A stretch of DNA of 64,000 nt from Chrysomallon squamiferum. Lineage: Eukaryota; Animalia; Mollusca. A program made the position numbers and the translations under genes. Each line of letters starts with the position of its first letter. Within the stretch, counting starts at the first letter, position 1. Shown piece by piece: positions 14,201 through 28,294 of the stretch. Location: NCBI GenBank assembly GCA_012295275.1, contig CM022670.1, positions 42,222,001 to 42,286,000 on the forward strand, read 5' to 3'. The notes under the pieces are model-generated. The model was given only the letters and a program-made list of their open reading frames with translations, did not search any database and had not been told where the DNA came from.

Positions 14201-17200
14201 TCTGTAGAAAGTGAGGTACCCAGACTGACGCGAACCATCAACATCACAGTGCTTCCTCCTCCAGCTGTGTATCTGTCATAAATCATCTTATTAAACTAAA
14301 TACACACTAACAAAACACTCATTCACACATCAACATACTCAGAAAACTTCATATACTTAATTATTTCTTGAAAATGCTAAAATTAAATATTACAAATAAA
14401 AAAATTACTGTTAATATAATATGAACTATTTTATAACAACTACAATACCAAAGCTACCGCTTTGTACACAGTCTGTCACATTTTAATATTGTAAACTATT
14501 TAAAACAATTATTAAATTTTGCTACATATATTGTGGAAACAAAGTTTAACCTTCTTGTTTAGTTTTTTAATTATTTTTCTTGAGGCAGGTTTATCATGCA
14601 TGGAGTTATATGTGAGATTGTTTCTGTTCCACACTAGAAAAGAAAACTGCTTAGGAGTGATGAATGGAGTCTTTATCACATCCAACCCATCTTCTCCGTA
14701 GTAGAACTGAAAATAAAACAAATAATTTACAAGTGTTTATAATACTTTCACTTCTAGTATTAACCCTTTTACTTTCACTTCTAGTATTAAACCTTTCACT
14801 TTCACTTCTAGTTTTAACCCTTTTACTTTCACTTCTAGTATTAACCCTTTCACTTTCATTTCTAGTATTAACCCTTTCACTTTCATTTCTAGTATTAACC
14901 CTTTCACTTTCATTTCTAGTATTAACCCTTTTACTTTCACTTCTAGTATTAACCCTTTCACTTTCATTTCTAGTATTAACCCTTTCACTTTCACTTCTAG
15001 TATTAACCCTTTCACTTTCATTTCTAGTATTAACCCTTTCACTTTCACTTCTAGTATTAACCCTTTCACTTTCATTTCTAGTATTAACCCTTTCACTTTC
15101 ATTTCTAGTATTAACCCTTTCACTTTCACTTCTAGTTTTAACACTTTCACTTTCACAGCTAGCATTAACCCTGAATGCCTATGCATTAATTTGTTAGTTG
15201 AAACTACAAATGTGAAAATTCATGGAACAATGGCTGAAATAATTAAACTGATGCACAAACAAATGAAAATAAAATAGAATTTTAAAAATAAAGCATAATA
15301 AAACATTAAGAAACAAATCTAATATTCATGTAATAAAACCAAGAACAAGTAAAATATTAAAATTATTTTTGTCTCTTGCAGTTAGAATGGGAAAAAATGG
15401 TTTTTCAGTGTGTATTAAGAAATAAACCTGAACAATGCTGCCATCACTGTCTCTCACTGTGAGATCATAGGACACCATCAAACCTTCGAGATGTTTAACA
15501 AGACAACGTTGTAGGTATCCACTTCGACTTGTCTTCACAGCAGTGTCAACCAGACCCTGTTAACAACAACAACAGCAGCTCTACTTAAATAGTAACAAAA
15601 TTTGTATTTACAAAAGTTTAATTAAATTAATATTTTAAAATATCAGATTTACAAAAGATTTATTTATCATCTACAAGTTTACAAACCTCTCTTCCTGCCA
15701 TGCAGTGAAAGAAGTATTCAGGGGGAGCAATTCCTGTGAGGAATCGCCCAGTGACAAAACCTCCTGCTCTGGGGGTCGGGTCGTAGGGGAGAAATGAGGG
15801 CAGGGCTCTTCCCGCCATCATTAGAGGAGGTCGTCGTCCTTCCAGTTCAATCTGACCCAGAAGACAGGAGATCTGCATGCAGTTGACCTGAAAAAAGTAT
15901 TTTATGAATGAAACAAATAACAACACTCATAATGAAGTTTATCTTTTATTACTGTTTATGTACAGTGAATGAGAGGGTTAAAAGATTTAGCATTTTGTCT
16001 GATTTTTATTGAGCCAAATTCCACTTCATGTTTAAAATTAAAATTACAAATAGTTTTGTTTTATTTCAAATATAAACTGAGATACTGAATGACGAAAATG
16101 ATAAGTGAATGTTTTGTCAAAGAAAACCTCGACTTGAACTGTAACAATTGTCATCAGGCAGTAATAAGACTTTATGTTTCAAAGAAAACTGACTGTATTC
16201 AAACATATTAGACTCTGAAAATGTAAAATTATCTAGGACTGACTGTATTCAAACATTTCAAATTCAGATGTAAAATTATCTAGGACTGCCTGTATTCAAA
16301 CATTTTAAACTCTGAAGATGTAAAATTATCTAGGACTGCCTGTATTCAAACATTTTAAACTCTGAAGATGTAAAATTATCTAGGACTGCCTGTATTCAAA
16401 CATTTTAAACTCAGAAGATGTAAAATTATCTAGGACTGACCGAAGAACCTTTCGCCCCTGACTGTGCCATCAGTTGCAGATTGTTGTAGGGGAAACTTTT
16501 GTGTAGACCATGCGGTATGCAGGCTCTGAAAATAAAGTTTATAAACGTCACATACAAGAAACACAAAAGTCATTTTAAAACATTAGCGCTAAAGACAAGT
16601 TCTTCAGGAAAACTCACATTACTTTCGTCAACACATTAAACTAACTTCAAACTTATTTTACAGGCCTATGTAAACCTGGTAACAGGCCTAGCCTAGATGG
16701 GAAATGTAGGCTCCTATTTCAAACTGCTTATTAAATGTTCTGTACATGGACAAAAGGCCCTAAAAAGTCTTGGTTACCTTCTCCAATCCATTCTACCTAG
16801 TTATCTGTCATATATTCATGTTAAAACTCTAGTGGATGAAAACAAAACAACCCAAATTAAAATAAATTCCACTTTGTTTTTGTTTAATGACCAATGAAAA
16901 TTAAAAACTCACTTTGCAATGTTGTTTTGAATCTCATCTGTTTTTGACTTCATGGCGAGGTCAAGTTCTCTCATCTGTCTGTCATCTCGACTCAGGTGTG
17001 CCTCTCTCAGCTTCCTCACCAAGTCTGCTTGGGAGATACCAGCCTCAACATCCAACGCCTTCACTACAGCATCTACAGCACAGTTGGGAGAAGCTGCAAT
17101 GAAATTCTTTCTCTGTTTGTCAGCCTAAATAATAAAGAGATTCCTTTATTTTACAGAACACACAAACTGACTTACACAGACAAACAGTAAGCACAGAGAA

Positions 17201-20200
17201 ATAACAAAACCTACAACTGACTTACACAAACAAACAGTAAGCATGGAGAAATAACAAAACCTACAACTGACTTACACAAACAACCAGTAAGCACAGAGAA
17301 ATAACAAAACCTACAACTGACTTACACAAACAAACAGTAAGCACAGAGAAATAACAAAACCTACAATTGACTTACACAAACAAACAGTAAGCACAGAGAA
17401 ATAACAAAACCTAAAACTGACTTACACAAACTAACAGTGATCTTTACTCACAGATCCACAATGTTGATGATCTGTAGTAACATAATTCATTCTGATATTT
17501 ATATATGGTAACTAATCAGATAATTCAGACATTCTAATAAATCAAGTCATTTTAGGAAAACATTTCAGTGGAAAAGTGTTAGTCTGTTGTTGTCTTACAT
17601 GTTTTGTGACAAGAATGTCCTCCACACCTAGTGTGAAACCTCGCAGCTGTAAGTAAGCACGAAACAGCCTTCCAAGGGAGGTAATCAGTTTTCCAGCAAT
17701 TTCTCCCCCATATATCTACAAAGAAACATTTGTCTTATTACTTGATATATCTTATTTTCTTTAATAAAAACAATAATAAAAAATAAAAAGTATTACAAAT
17801 ATTTCTGAAAACGTTTTTAATTTTTTTGTTTTTTATACACAATTGATATTTATATAGAAAATTTGCTTTCTGATATTAGAAAGAACAAAGAATTAATGCA
17901 AAACTGTAAACAGGTAAATTTGTGTAAATGTAAAATGAAAATTATAAAAAATTAAAAATGTAAAATCATAAAATAGTGTTTTACTTCATAACAGCAATGG
18001 ACAAGACCAAATGGGGTGGGTCCATAATGTCCTTTGTCTAATACCCCCTGCAGCAACTCTCCCCCTCTGACCACAACCACACTTTCCCCCATCAGATCAC
18101 TGTCAGTGAATGAACCACAGACATGCTTCATTGATTTCTGCCAGCTCTGAAATGTAGTAAACATTTATATAACAATAATAATAACTGAGTCTTAAAATGT
18201 ATTTAACTTCGTATATTTTATAAAAAAAAGTGTATCTAGTCACTTATACCACTACACAAATTCATTAATAATCTATTAATTTACTAAATTAATTAAATAA
18301 AAAAATGTTTAATCTAACACTAAGAAGTTGAAACAGCAGTGAAAATTACCAAATAATTTTTCTCACACACTAGAAAAGCAGAAATACACAAACATGGATG
18401 AAATGACATATTTCTTATTACCACCAAGTATCAGTCTAAACTACACTTACCTTATTACCACCAAGTATCAGTCTAAACTACACTTACCTTATTACCACGA
18501 AGTACGAGTCTAAACTACACTTACCTTATTACCACCAAGTATCAGTCTAAACTACACTTACCTTATTACCACCAAGTACGAGTCTAAACTACTGCATTTT
18601 GTACACTTACCTTATTACCACCAAGTACGAGTCTAAACTACTGCATTTTGTACACTTACCTTATTACCACCAAGTACGAGTCTAAATTACTGTATTTTGT
18701 ACACTTACCTTATTACCACCAAGTACGAGTCTAAATTACTGTATTTTGTACACTTACCTTATTACCACCAAGTACGAGTCTAAATTACTGTATTTTGTAC
18801 ACTTACCTTATTACCACCAAGTACGAGTCTAAATTACTGCATTTTGTACACTTACCTTATTACCACCAAGTATCAGTCTAAACTACACTTACCTTATTAC
18901 CACGAAGTACGAGTCTAAACTACACTTACCTTATTACCACGAAGTACGAGTCTAAACTACACTTACCTTATTACCACCAAGTACGATCCTAAACTACTGC
19001 ATTTTGTACACTTACCTTATTACCACCAAGTACCAGTCTAAACTACACTTACCTTATTACCACCAAGTATCAGTCTAAACTACACTTACCTTATTACCAC
19101 CAAGTATCAGTCTAAATTACTGCATTTTGTACACTTACCTTATTACCACCAAGTACGAGTCTAAACTACACTTACCTTATTACCACCAAGTATCAGTCTA
19201 AACTACACTTACCTTATTACCACCAAGTATCAGTCTAAATTACTGTATTTTGTACACTTACCTTATTACCACCAAGTACGAGTCTAAACTACACTTACCT
19301 TATTACCACCAAGTATCAGTCTAAACTACACTTACCTTATTACCACCAAGTATCAGTCTAAATTACTGCATTTTGTACACTTACCTTATTACCACCAAGT
19401 ATCAGTCTAAATTACTGTATTTTGTACACTTACCTTATTACCACCAAGTATCAGTCTAAACTACACTTACCTTATTACCACCAAGTATCAGTCTAAACTA
19501 CTGCATTTTGTACACTTACCTTATTACCACCAAGTATCAGTCTAAATTACTGTATTTTGTACACTTACCTTATTACCACCAAGTACCAGTCTAGACTACT
19601 GTATTTTGTACACTTAATTTCTGTATACTGATAATGTTTTTATTACAAAATTATAACTTTTTCAGTTTCTACCTTTTCAGGAATTTTAGAGTTGCCCTCC
19701 ATGTTAATCAGTGGTTTGCCCTCTGGGATGATGTTGAGAAGTAGTGATGACACAATCTGTGAAAACAAAGGTGTTGTACACTCTAATTATTTATGCTAAC
19801 CCTAACTAACTAGGATAAAGTAAATCTTGAAAAAATGATAAAGAGAATAAAAAAATTACAATGTGTTGTAAGATAATAAAAGAGTAGTTTGAAAAGCAAA
19901 CCTGCTTTCCTGACCACAGCCTGCACGGTTTCAAGATGGCGGGTGGGATGTCTGTTACACGTCTGTGATTTTCTGGAAGACTCGAGTACAACAACTGACA
20001 AAAGTCATCTCTGTAAAGAAAATTACTGTCTTACAGCATCTCACCAATATTCTTATTTACTCTTTATATAACACGAATTGACAAAATAAAATGACTTATT
20101 ATATACCTGTAAAAGTTCCTCTCACTGTTAGCTATAAAGCAAATACCATGTGACAAAATCAACCAACAATATGCCCTGTTACATACCTGTTAAAGAACGT

Positions 20201-20873
20201 TCCTCTCACTGTTAACCATACACCAGACACCATGTGATCCTGAATCAAGCCAGCCAATGGGGTGCCATCTTTAGGAACCAAATACTGGTTGTCTGTACTA
20301 GCTGAAATTAAAAGTTTATCAAAACTGACATGATTACAGTGTTTTCATTACAAGCTTCATGTTATTTCAAAGTAACATCTTATGAAACATGATGTAAAAA
20401 TGTTCATTAATCGCTGTGTCAACTATTCCCACCAACTGGTTTTATAACCACCTTTTAAGAAACAAACCAATATTTAGTAATTTTCCTTTTTTGAAAAATA
20501 AATTTGAACATGTTTTATGTATCTGAATGCTTTGTGATTTTCACTGTTCAAAAAACAAAACACAGTGGTCTCTCTCTTTGTAAAAGGAAGTGGGCATAAC
20601 TGGTTCAAGTTAAATGAAGGGATTGTACAGAAAATGTTCATAGTACAAGCACATTGAACAATGTTCAAATTACTTGTTTATCAAAAATACTCCTATAAAT
20701 AATTGCATAAAATGCATTAACTATTAACAAGTTTATTTTACTTGCAATTAAATAAAATCAAAGTGTCTGTTGCCAGTGAGCTTTGGTTTTTCTGTGAATT
20801 AAATTCTTTACAAAATAATATACATATACATAAATATACATATATACATATACATATATACATATACACATAC

Positions 20874-20910
<37 letters not shown>

Positions 20911-21019
20911 TATATATACATATATACATATAGATATACATATACATATACATATATATACATATATATACATATACATATGCATATACACATATACACA
21001 TATACACATATACACACAT

Positions 21020-21064
<45 letters not shown>

Positions 21065-24000
21065 TTGTAACATTCTGTACATATTATATATACATGTGTG
21101 TGTGAAATGAAATCGTTTTTATTGCTCTGAAAGTAAAAGATCGCCAAACAGTTAGATAATGAATATTTATGAGAATGTGATGTTGAGTTGGCAATGCACT
21201 GTTAATAATTGTTTTTATATTGTGCGGATCATTACATATCTGTTTTTGAAGGATGAAGATAATATTTTAAAACATTATTTATATATCTAGGATAACATAA
21301 TTATCATACAGTTGCATGTTAAAAAATGTGTAGGATCACTGAAATTCATGCACAATAATTTAGCTGTGCAGCACCTGCTGCATTAGCCTTGATTACACAG
21401 GCATCGTGAATTAGCAGCAAATTTCAGAGGAATCGGATTGTGTCCCTTTAAAACACCAGAGGGGTAATTTGTAAATGTGACATCTAGTTTTGTTTAAGGA
21501 CAAGACACATGAACTGCTGACCCTTAAAGTGCAAAATAATGGCATGACAGCCAGTCTAAATAAACAGATGGTGGATACTGCTGCCATTGCGAACTCATTG
21601 TAAGCCATAAGTGATGTGGGCTCACCATCTCTTACAGTGTGTTGAGAGACCTCTGAAACATGTTAATTTTATTTATGTATCTGAACTTTTTGTAATTTTC
21701 ATTGGTTAAAAAAACTTTAAAAAAACCTGTTTTACATATTTTTAAAACAAACAAACTGACCAATGACTGCAGCCTCTGCTCTAGCGAGTTCACTCTGAAC
21801 AAAATGAGCATTCATCTCGTCACCGTCAAAGTCAGCATTGTAGGCCTTGCAGTTGGAGTAGTGCATGCGCAATGTCTTTTGACCTTTCAGCACTCTTACC
21901 TAAACAACATACATGTGTTAAATATCAGTCTGTTGAAGATATGCCAAACACTTCGTTAAATACTTTGTTAAATACTTTGTTAAATACTATATGTCAAATA
22001 CTTTATATGTTAAATACTGTATGTTGAATACTTTCTTCACATGTTAAATATTATTCTATATATACAAAACATGTTAAATACAGTATGTTAAATACTATTC
22101 TATACAACATGTCAAATACTGTAAGTTAAATATTGTTCTATATACAACATATTAAACATATATGTTAAATACTTTTGCTATGATACTTCACTGTACATAT
22201 TAAATATAATTTTATGCAACTGTAAAATGGTTTAATAAATAAAATTAGTAAATTTTGTTTTTGATAGGAAAATAATTTTAGTCTTAAAATGTGACAAAAA
22301 CATAAAAAATCAAGTTAATTATTACAGACCTGATGTGCCTGCATGCTAACTTTGTGTAAAATCTATTTATTTGTGTTTGTGTTAAAGACCTGATGTGCCT
22401 GCATGCTAACTTTGTGTAAAGTATTTGTGTTTGTGTTAAATACCTGATGTGTTTGCATTCTAACTTTGTGTAAAGTCTATTTATTTGTGTTTGTGTTAAA
22501 TACCTGATGTGCCTGCATGCTGGCTTTGTGTAAAGTTGGTTGTCGATTCAGCAACAAATAATCACCATTCTTTAGGTGTCGCAGAACCTGTAAAGAAGAA
22601 TTAAAAGACGTCTGATCAACACATTTAAATATTTAATGATTAACTTACAGGTTGAATAAACTACCTTTTGCCACAGTGAGAAAATATTCATAATAAAATA
22701 TTTGATTATACAGAGATAACACTGACTTTGATGAAATAGGAATGTGTAACACATACCCAGAAAAGTCAAATATTGATGTGTAAAAACAAAAATGTCACAC
22801 TGAGTATCTAACAAAGCACCTGACAATGATTCAGTGGACTGGACAGGAATGGAATGTTTTTGTTAAAATACCGTTTTGGGTTTCAGGAGGTAGCTGGTTG
22901 ACACACTAGGTGTAAGAAGTGTCTTGGCAATAGCCTCTCTCTGAACTCTGTCTTTCCCCAACAGTCGAGTGCTTAGTCCTTTCTCATTTATCACCATAGT
23001 AGCCCTGAAATTTACATAAACAAACACTTTCATAATGTTACTGTAGCATAGATTAACTTACAAAGGTTATAATTAAAGTTATAAATGATCTAAGAGTTTG
23101 ACCGTTATACATATTTATATACAAAGTTGTATCTGTATATGTATTTGTTTACAATGTGGTATGTAGCAATCTTTTATGAACATATATGTATTTATTTATT
23201 TATAAAGTTATATATCTTTAAATATTTATAAAGTCATATGTAATTATTTATAAAGTTATATGCCTGTATTTATAAGGTTATATGTATGTATATATTATTA
23301 AAGACATATGTAGTTATATATAAAGTTAAATGTCTGTATTTATTTATAAAATTAAAGTTAAAAAGAATAAATAAAATAGAAGAAACTGACCCAGGATGTT
23401 TGAGTGGGCCATTAATGACAGCTTGTTTTAACTCGTGTACGTTCCATGGAGTGACCGGCTGCGGGTAGGTTAACTTCTTAGCAAACACTTCCGGAACTCC
23501 GATCTCATTCGTGTTGATACATGGGTCAGGGGAGATAACTGACCTGGCTGCAAAATTCACTCGTTTTCCCATCATATGTTTTCTGAACAAACCCTGTTTT
23601 TTCTCCAGTAGCTGAAATAATTTGTATACAAAATTATATATACATGGTGTTTTATATTATATACATATGAAATACAATTATGTGCAGAATTGGCCCAATT
23701 CATAAGAGGTTCTTAGTCTGTTGTAATCTACTTAGTGTTCTTTGTATAATTACTGCAGTACAATACATCACTGAGTAATGAAACAGAAACCTAACAACAC
23801 AGTGTAGTGAAAATAAAATGATAAGTACATCTGTATGATTTTCAAATGTTTTAAAATGTTCATTAAACTTTAACAGTGTAAAAAATAGGGATATAATATA
23901 CAATTCCCTTCACTTCGAACTGTTTAGCAATTTATGAACCTTACATAGTAACTTTTTACACAGTACTGAACAAATAAAATGTAGATATAGGCATGATTCC

Positions 24001-27000
24001 CTTTTATTTTCCCAAACCACAGAGCAGAACTTTTGCTGCTTTGAGCAAAAACAGGAATGTAGAATGACCAAAACTATCTATTTTGTAAATTAAAATGAGA
24101 GGCAACTTTCTGGACCCTGACTGCGCAGCCATCCAGATTAGAGGGAAATATATACATATAAGATAATGAAGCATAAAACTTGTACAAATAAGAAGAGAAG
24201 GCCGACCTGTTTAATTCCTGGCTGTTTGTCTGTGGACAGTCTGTCAAGGCTGCTGTCAATCAAACAATTGGCATGTATCTGGAGGCGGGACCAAGCTGTT
24301 TGCAGTTTGTGTGTCAATGTATCCCCACTCACAGCTTTGACACTGTCCTGAAATATTATTACTTTTACATATACTTCCAAATTTTATTTCTTGTTGTTTT
24401 CAGGTGTTCATTAATTAAAATGGTGTATAAAGGTACAATTTAAAAACATTTGATGGAAAGTTTAATCTGGTTTTCTGTGTCATCATGGATGTGAAGATTT
24501 CACAACTGAAGCTGCAAATTTCTTTGTTCTCACATTTTGTTATGTGCAGTAAGTTGCTCAAAGCCATTACTAAAAATTTATCAGATAAAATATCACCAAA
24601 ATGTTTTTAGTATTATAATATAAGAATAAATCCTGTAATTCTCATTAAATCAATTTAAAGAAGACTGTGGTAATTTTCTTTTAGGGTGTTCTACGAATAT
24701 GTATGTTCTCATATACAAAAAACCTTTTTTGTTTGGTTTTGTTTGGTTTTTTTCATTAACTTTCTTAAAGTTTTAAAACCTTAACCTGTGAGTGAGGTTG
24801 TAAATTCAGACATACTGACACAATGCCTACAATGACTTGTTTATCTCTTATAAAACTTACTGAAATGATGTCTGTGTTTTCAATGTTTATCTCTTATAAA
24901 ACTTACTGAAATGATGTCTGTTTTCTTTGTTGTTTGACTTATTTATCTCTTATAAAACTTACTGAAATGATGTCTGTGTTTTCTTTGTTATCTCTTATTT
25001 ATAAAACTTTCTGAAATGATGTCTGTGTTTTCTTTGTTTATCTCTTATAAAACTTACTGAAATGATGTCTGTTTTCTTTCTTGTTTGACTTGTTTATCTC
25101 TTATAAAACTTACTGAAATGATGTCTGTGTTTTCTTTCTTGTTTGACTTGTTTATATGTCGTAAAATTTCTTTTATCAGTTCACTGTCTTCCAGCACCCG
25201 TGTCAGGTTTGCTGTCTGTGGATTCTCATATCTCCTTTCTCCCATCACTGACAACTAGGGAAAGGTATAAAGTGAAATTAAAAAATATAAGTTTTGTCAC
25301 TAAGCAAACAAAAAGATGAGCTGGTGACATGAGTCACCTGCAGTACTAAGTGACAGGAAGAGGTTTTCAATATTACCACAGGAAGAAGTTTTCAATATTA
25401 CCACAGGAAGAAGTTTTCAATATTACTACAGGAAGAAGTTTTCAATATCACTACAGGAAGTAGTTTTCAATATCACCACAGGAAGTAGTTTTCAATATTA
25501 CCACAGGAAGTAGTTTTCAATATCGCCACAGGAAGAAGTTTTCAATATCACCACAGGAAGTAGTTTTCAATATCACCACAGGAAGAAGTTTTCAATATCA
25601 CCACAGGAAGTAGTTTTCAATATCACCACAGGAAAATGTTTTAAAAGAAAAAGTCTTAAAAGTAATGTGCCCACTTTACAAGGTCAGTTCTCAGTTCTTG
25701 AAGGAAAAAAGCATTTTCAGTGTCGTGTGTGTATGTGTGTGTATCTAATATTAATATTATATATGAATAAATAAAGAGAAAAGAGAAAAGAAATAATTAC
25801 ATTTTAGAATAAGAATAAATAAATAAAAAATAAAGAAAGAAAGAAATACTCACAGGTCTAAATAAATAAATAAGTAAATAAATACTCACAGGTCTGAATA
25901 AATAAATAAGTAAATAAATACTCACAGGTCTGAATAAATAAATAAATAAGTAAATAAATACTCACAGGTCTGAATAAATAAATAAATAAATAAATAAGTA
26001 AATAAATAAATAAGTAAATGAATACTCACAGGTCTGAACCTGGGTGGAGGAACTGGAATGACGTCCTGGAAGAACAGATCAGTTGGATGTTCTGTGTTCT
26101 CAGTGATGGAAAGACACTGAAACAACATCTTCAGCACCATCGACTCATTCCTCCACAGCTTCCGCATGTGCTCTTTAGCATCTACTGGTGTTACTACAGT
26201 AACCTCAACTCCTGAAATAGCCCCTTTCACATCTTTGTCTTTTTGAGAATCCTCGTCCATTTCAACAATTTCATTTTCCTCATTTTCGTCATCCAGTGAG
26301 ACAGATTTATTTCTGTTAACACACAGAACTTGTTTGTCATCACAGAAATCAAAGTCCTAGTAACTTTATTTCTATTTAACAATCACATAATGTTTAAAAA
26401 CATCACAATGTAACATATTAAAAAATATCTGTTTCTACCTGTTTCGAGTGAACTTCATCACATACTTAATTAACTCTACTTACATACTATACAGATGTCA
26501 CTTTTCTCATTAATGATCCAAAAACACACATAAATTAGTAACTTACTTAGCATTTAGTTTTTTCTTATCTTCTTCAAAGATTACTTTTTTACTGTACAGA
26601 TATCACCTACTTGACACTACTTTTCTCATTAACTGGTCCCAAAAACACAAGGTAAAAGAGAGAACCTTACGTAGCATCTAGTTTTTTCTTAGCTTCTTCA
26701 CAGATGTGTTCAGCTGACTCAGCTGATCCAAAGAGGAGCAGCTTGGCATTGTATTCCTGTTTCATTGGTCTCACACGGCACTTGCAATGTAGACATTTTG
26801 ACTTCACACCAAACTGAGTTTTGATAAAACGTTCCACTATCTGTTTTCGAGCAGCTTCCACATTTTTCACTGGAAGCTTATCTCCAAAATGTTCATCTGT
26901 AACAAATAAAGCATGTTTTTTTCTAGACAGACTCAACATAAACTTGTAACAACTGCTAACACACTGTAGTGAGTTTGGTTTCGTGTGTAACATGATGCAA

Positions 27001-28247
27001 GTAAAAGAGGATTTGCTGCTGATCAGTAAAAGATCACACAGGTTACTTCTACATCATTTTACTTGAATGACAACTACAGTATTTATTTAAGTGTACTGAA
27101 ACACTATTCAACTTTCATGTTTATTTATGAATCAAACAAAAAAATAGAAAAAAAGGAAACCGACATTTATTGGCATTTTTCAAAAATTCACATAAGAAGA
27201 CAAAGTCAAATTTTATTTCATCAATAATGACACACAGTTAATTAAAGTTATTTACATTTACTAAATCAAAGAATGGATTTAAAAATAAAGACACTTAACA
27301 ATAAGTTACATTAATAATCTCATCTGACAAATGTTTGATTAATTTTAAACCTGAGAAGTTGTCGTGTATGAAGGAATCCAGTTGTTGTGAGATGTCGACA
27401 TCTCTCTTTGTGCCAGCCGTCTCAGTCAACAGATGAGTCGCATAGTCAGCAAGCAGCCACGCCCCAGACACCCACCCCTTGTTCAGCAGTGCCACCTGCT
27501 GCACCAACAGCTGACACGCTGACGACTTTGCATTCAGATGATGACAACTGAAACAGGAACCTCGGAGTATCTGAAATAACAAAAACCTTTTCTGTCAAAA
27601 AATTGGAAAAACAAAATAGGTTTTGTAAATCCAAAATGAAAACAGTTTTCTTTTCTCTGTTTTTTTTGTACCATTGACCCATCTGATGTGTGCATGTACT
27701 GTACGTCTGCTTAACAAAATGTCTACTAAAGTTTAAACATATACATCAACACATTGTCAGTGTTGACTTCACCACAATGTAACACAAGTAACAAGTTTAA
27801 AATGTTCACCTGATACAGGATCTTGAAGTATATAGGGTTAAAGACAGGAAGTGGAAGTTGTATGTGACCCATGTGACCTGGACAAAACACAAAGTTCTGT
27901 CCACATGTTGTACACACATCATCATGCTCAGACGGGCCTGAAAAACAGAACATACGGAATCAGTTTTCTTGCTTAATTAGCAGGCTAGTAAATGTTTTCT
28001 CTTTTGTTTTTTCTTTGATAAAATATTTTTTATAAATATTGAAGTAAAATATTGTCAAACTGACTCAAGTTTTGTGTTACATTAGTGCTTACTGCAGCCT
28101 TGCAAACTATTTTAATCAGTCAATCAAACTAATGTTACATGAGAACTGAATCATGCATTTTTAATTTACGGTTTGTAATTTATATGTTTATCTTAAGCTG
28201 CATCATGTAAGACACCAGTTGTTGGGTGGTATTTATATATATGTTTT

Positions 28248-28294
<47 letters not shown>

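Noticed and set aside
19796-19806. CTAACCCTAAC telomerase-template or telomere-like motif
   Set aside because: A single 11-mer in a 145-nt intron, antisense to the host gene, with no supporting structure.
22820-22871. Alternative longer POLR1A exon ending near 22820
   Set aside because: The donor after 22872 gives the correct phase and a colinear protein into VLRHLKNGD.
24400-24486. Minus-strand ATGATGA...CTGA pair in a POLR1A intron
   Set aside because: The putative guide is very AT-rich with mismatches to the recalled 18S sequence, and there is no terminal stem.
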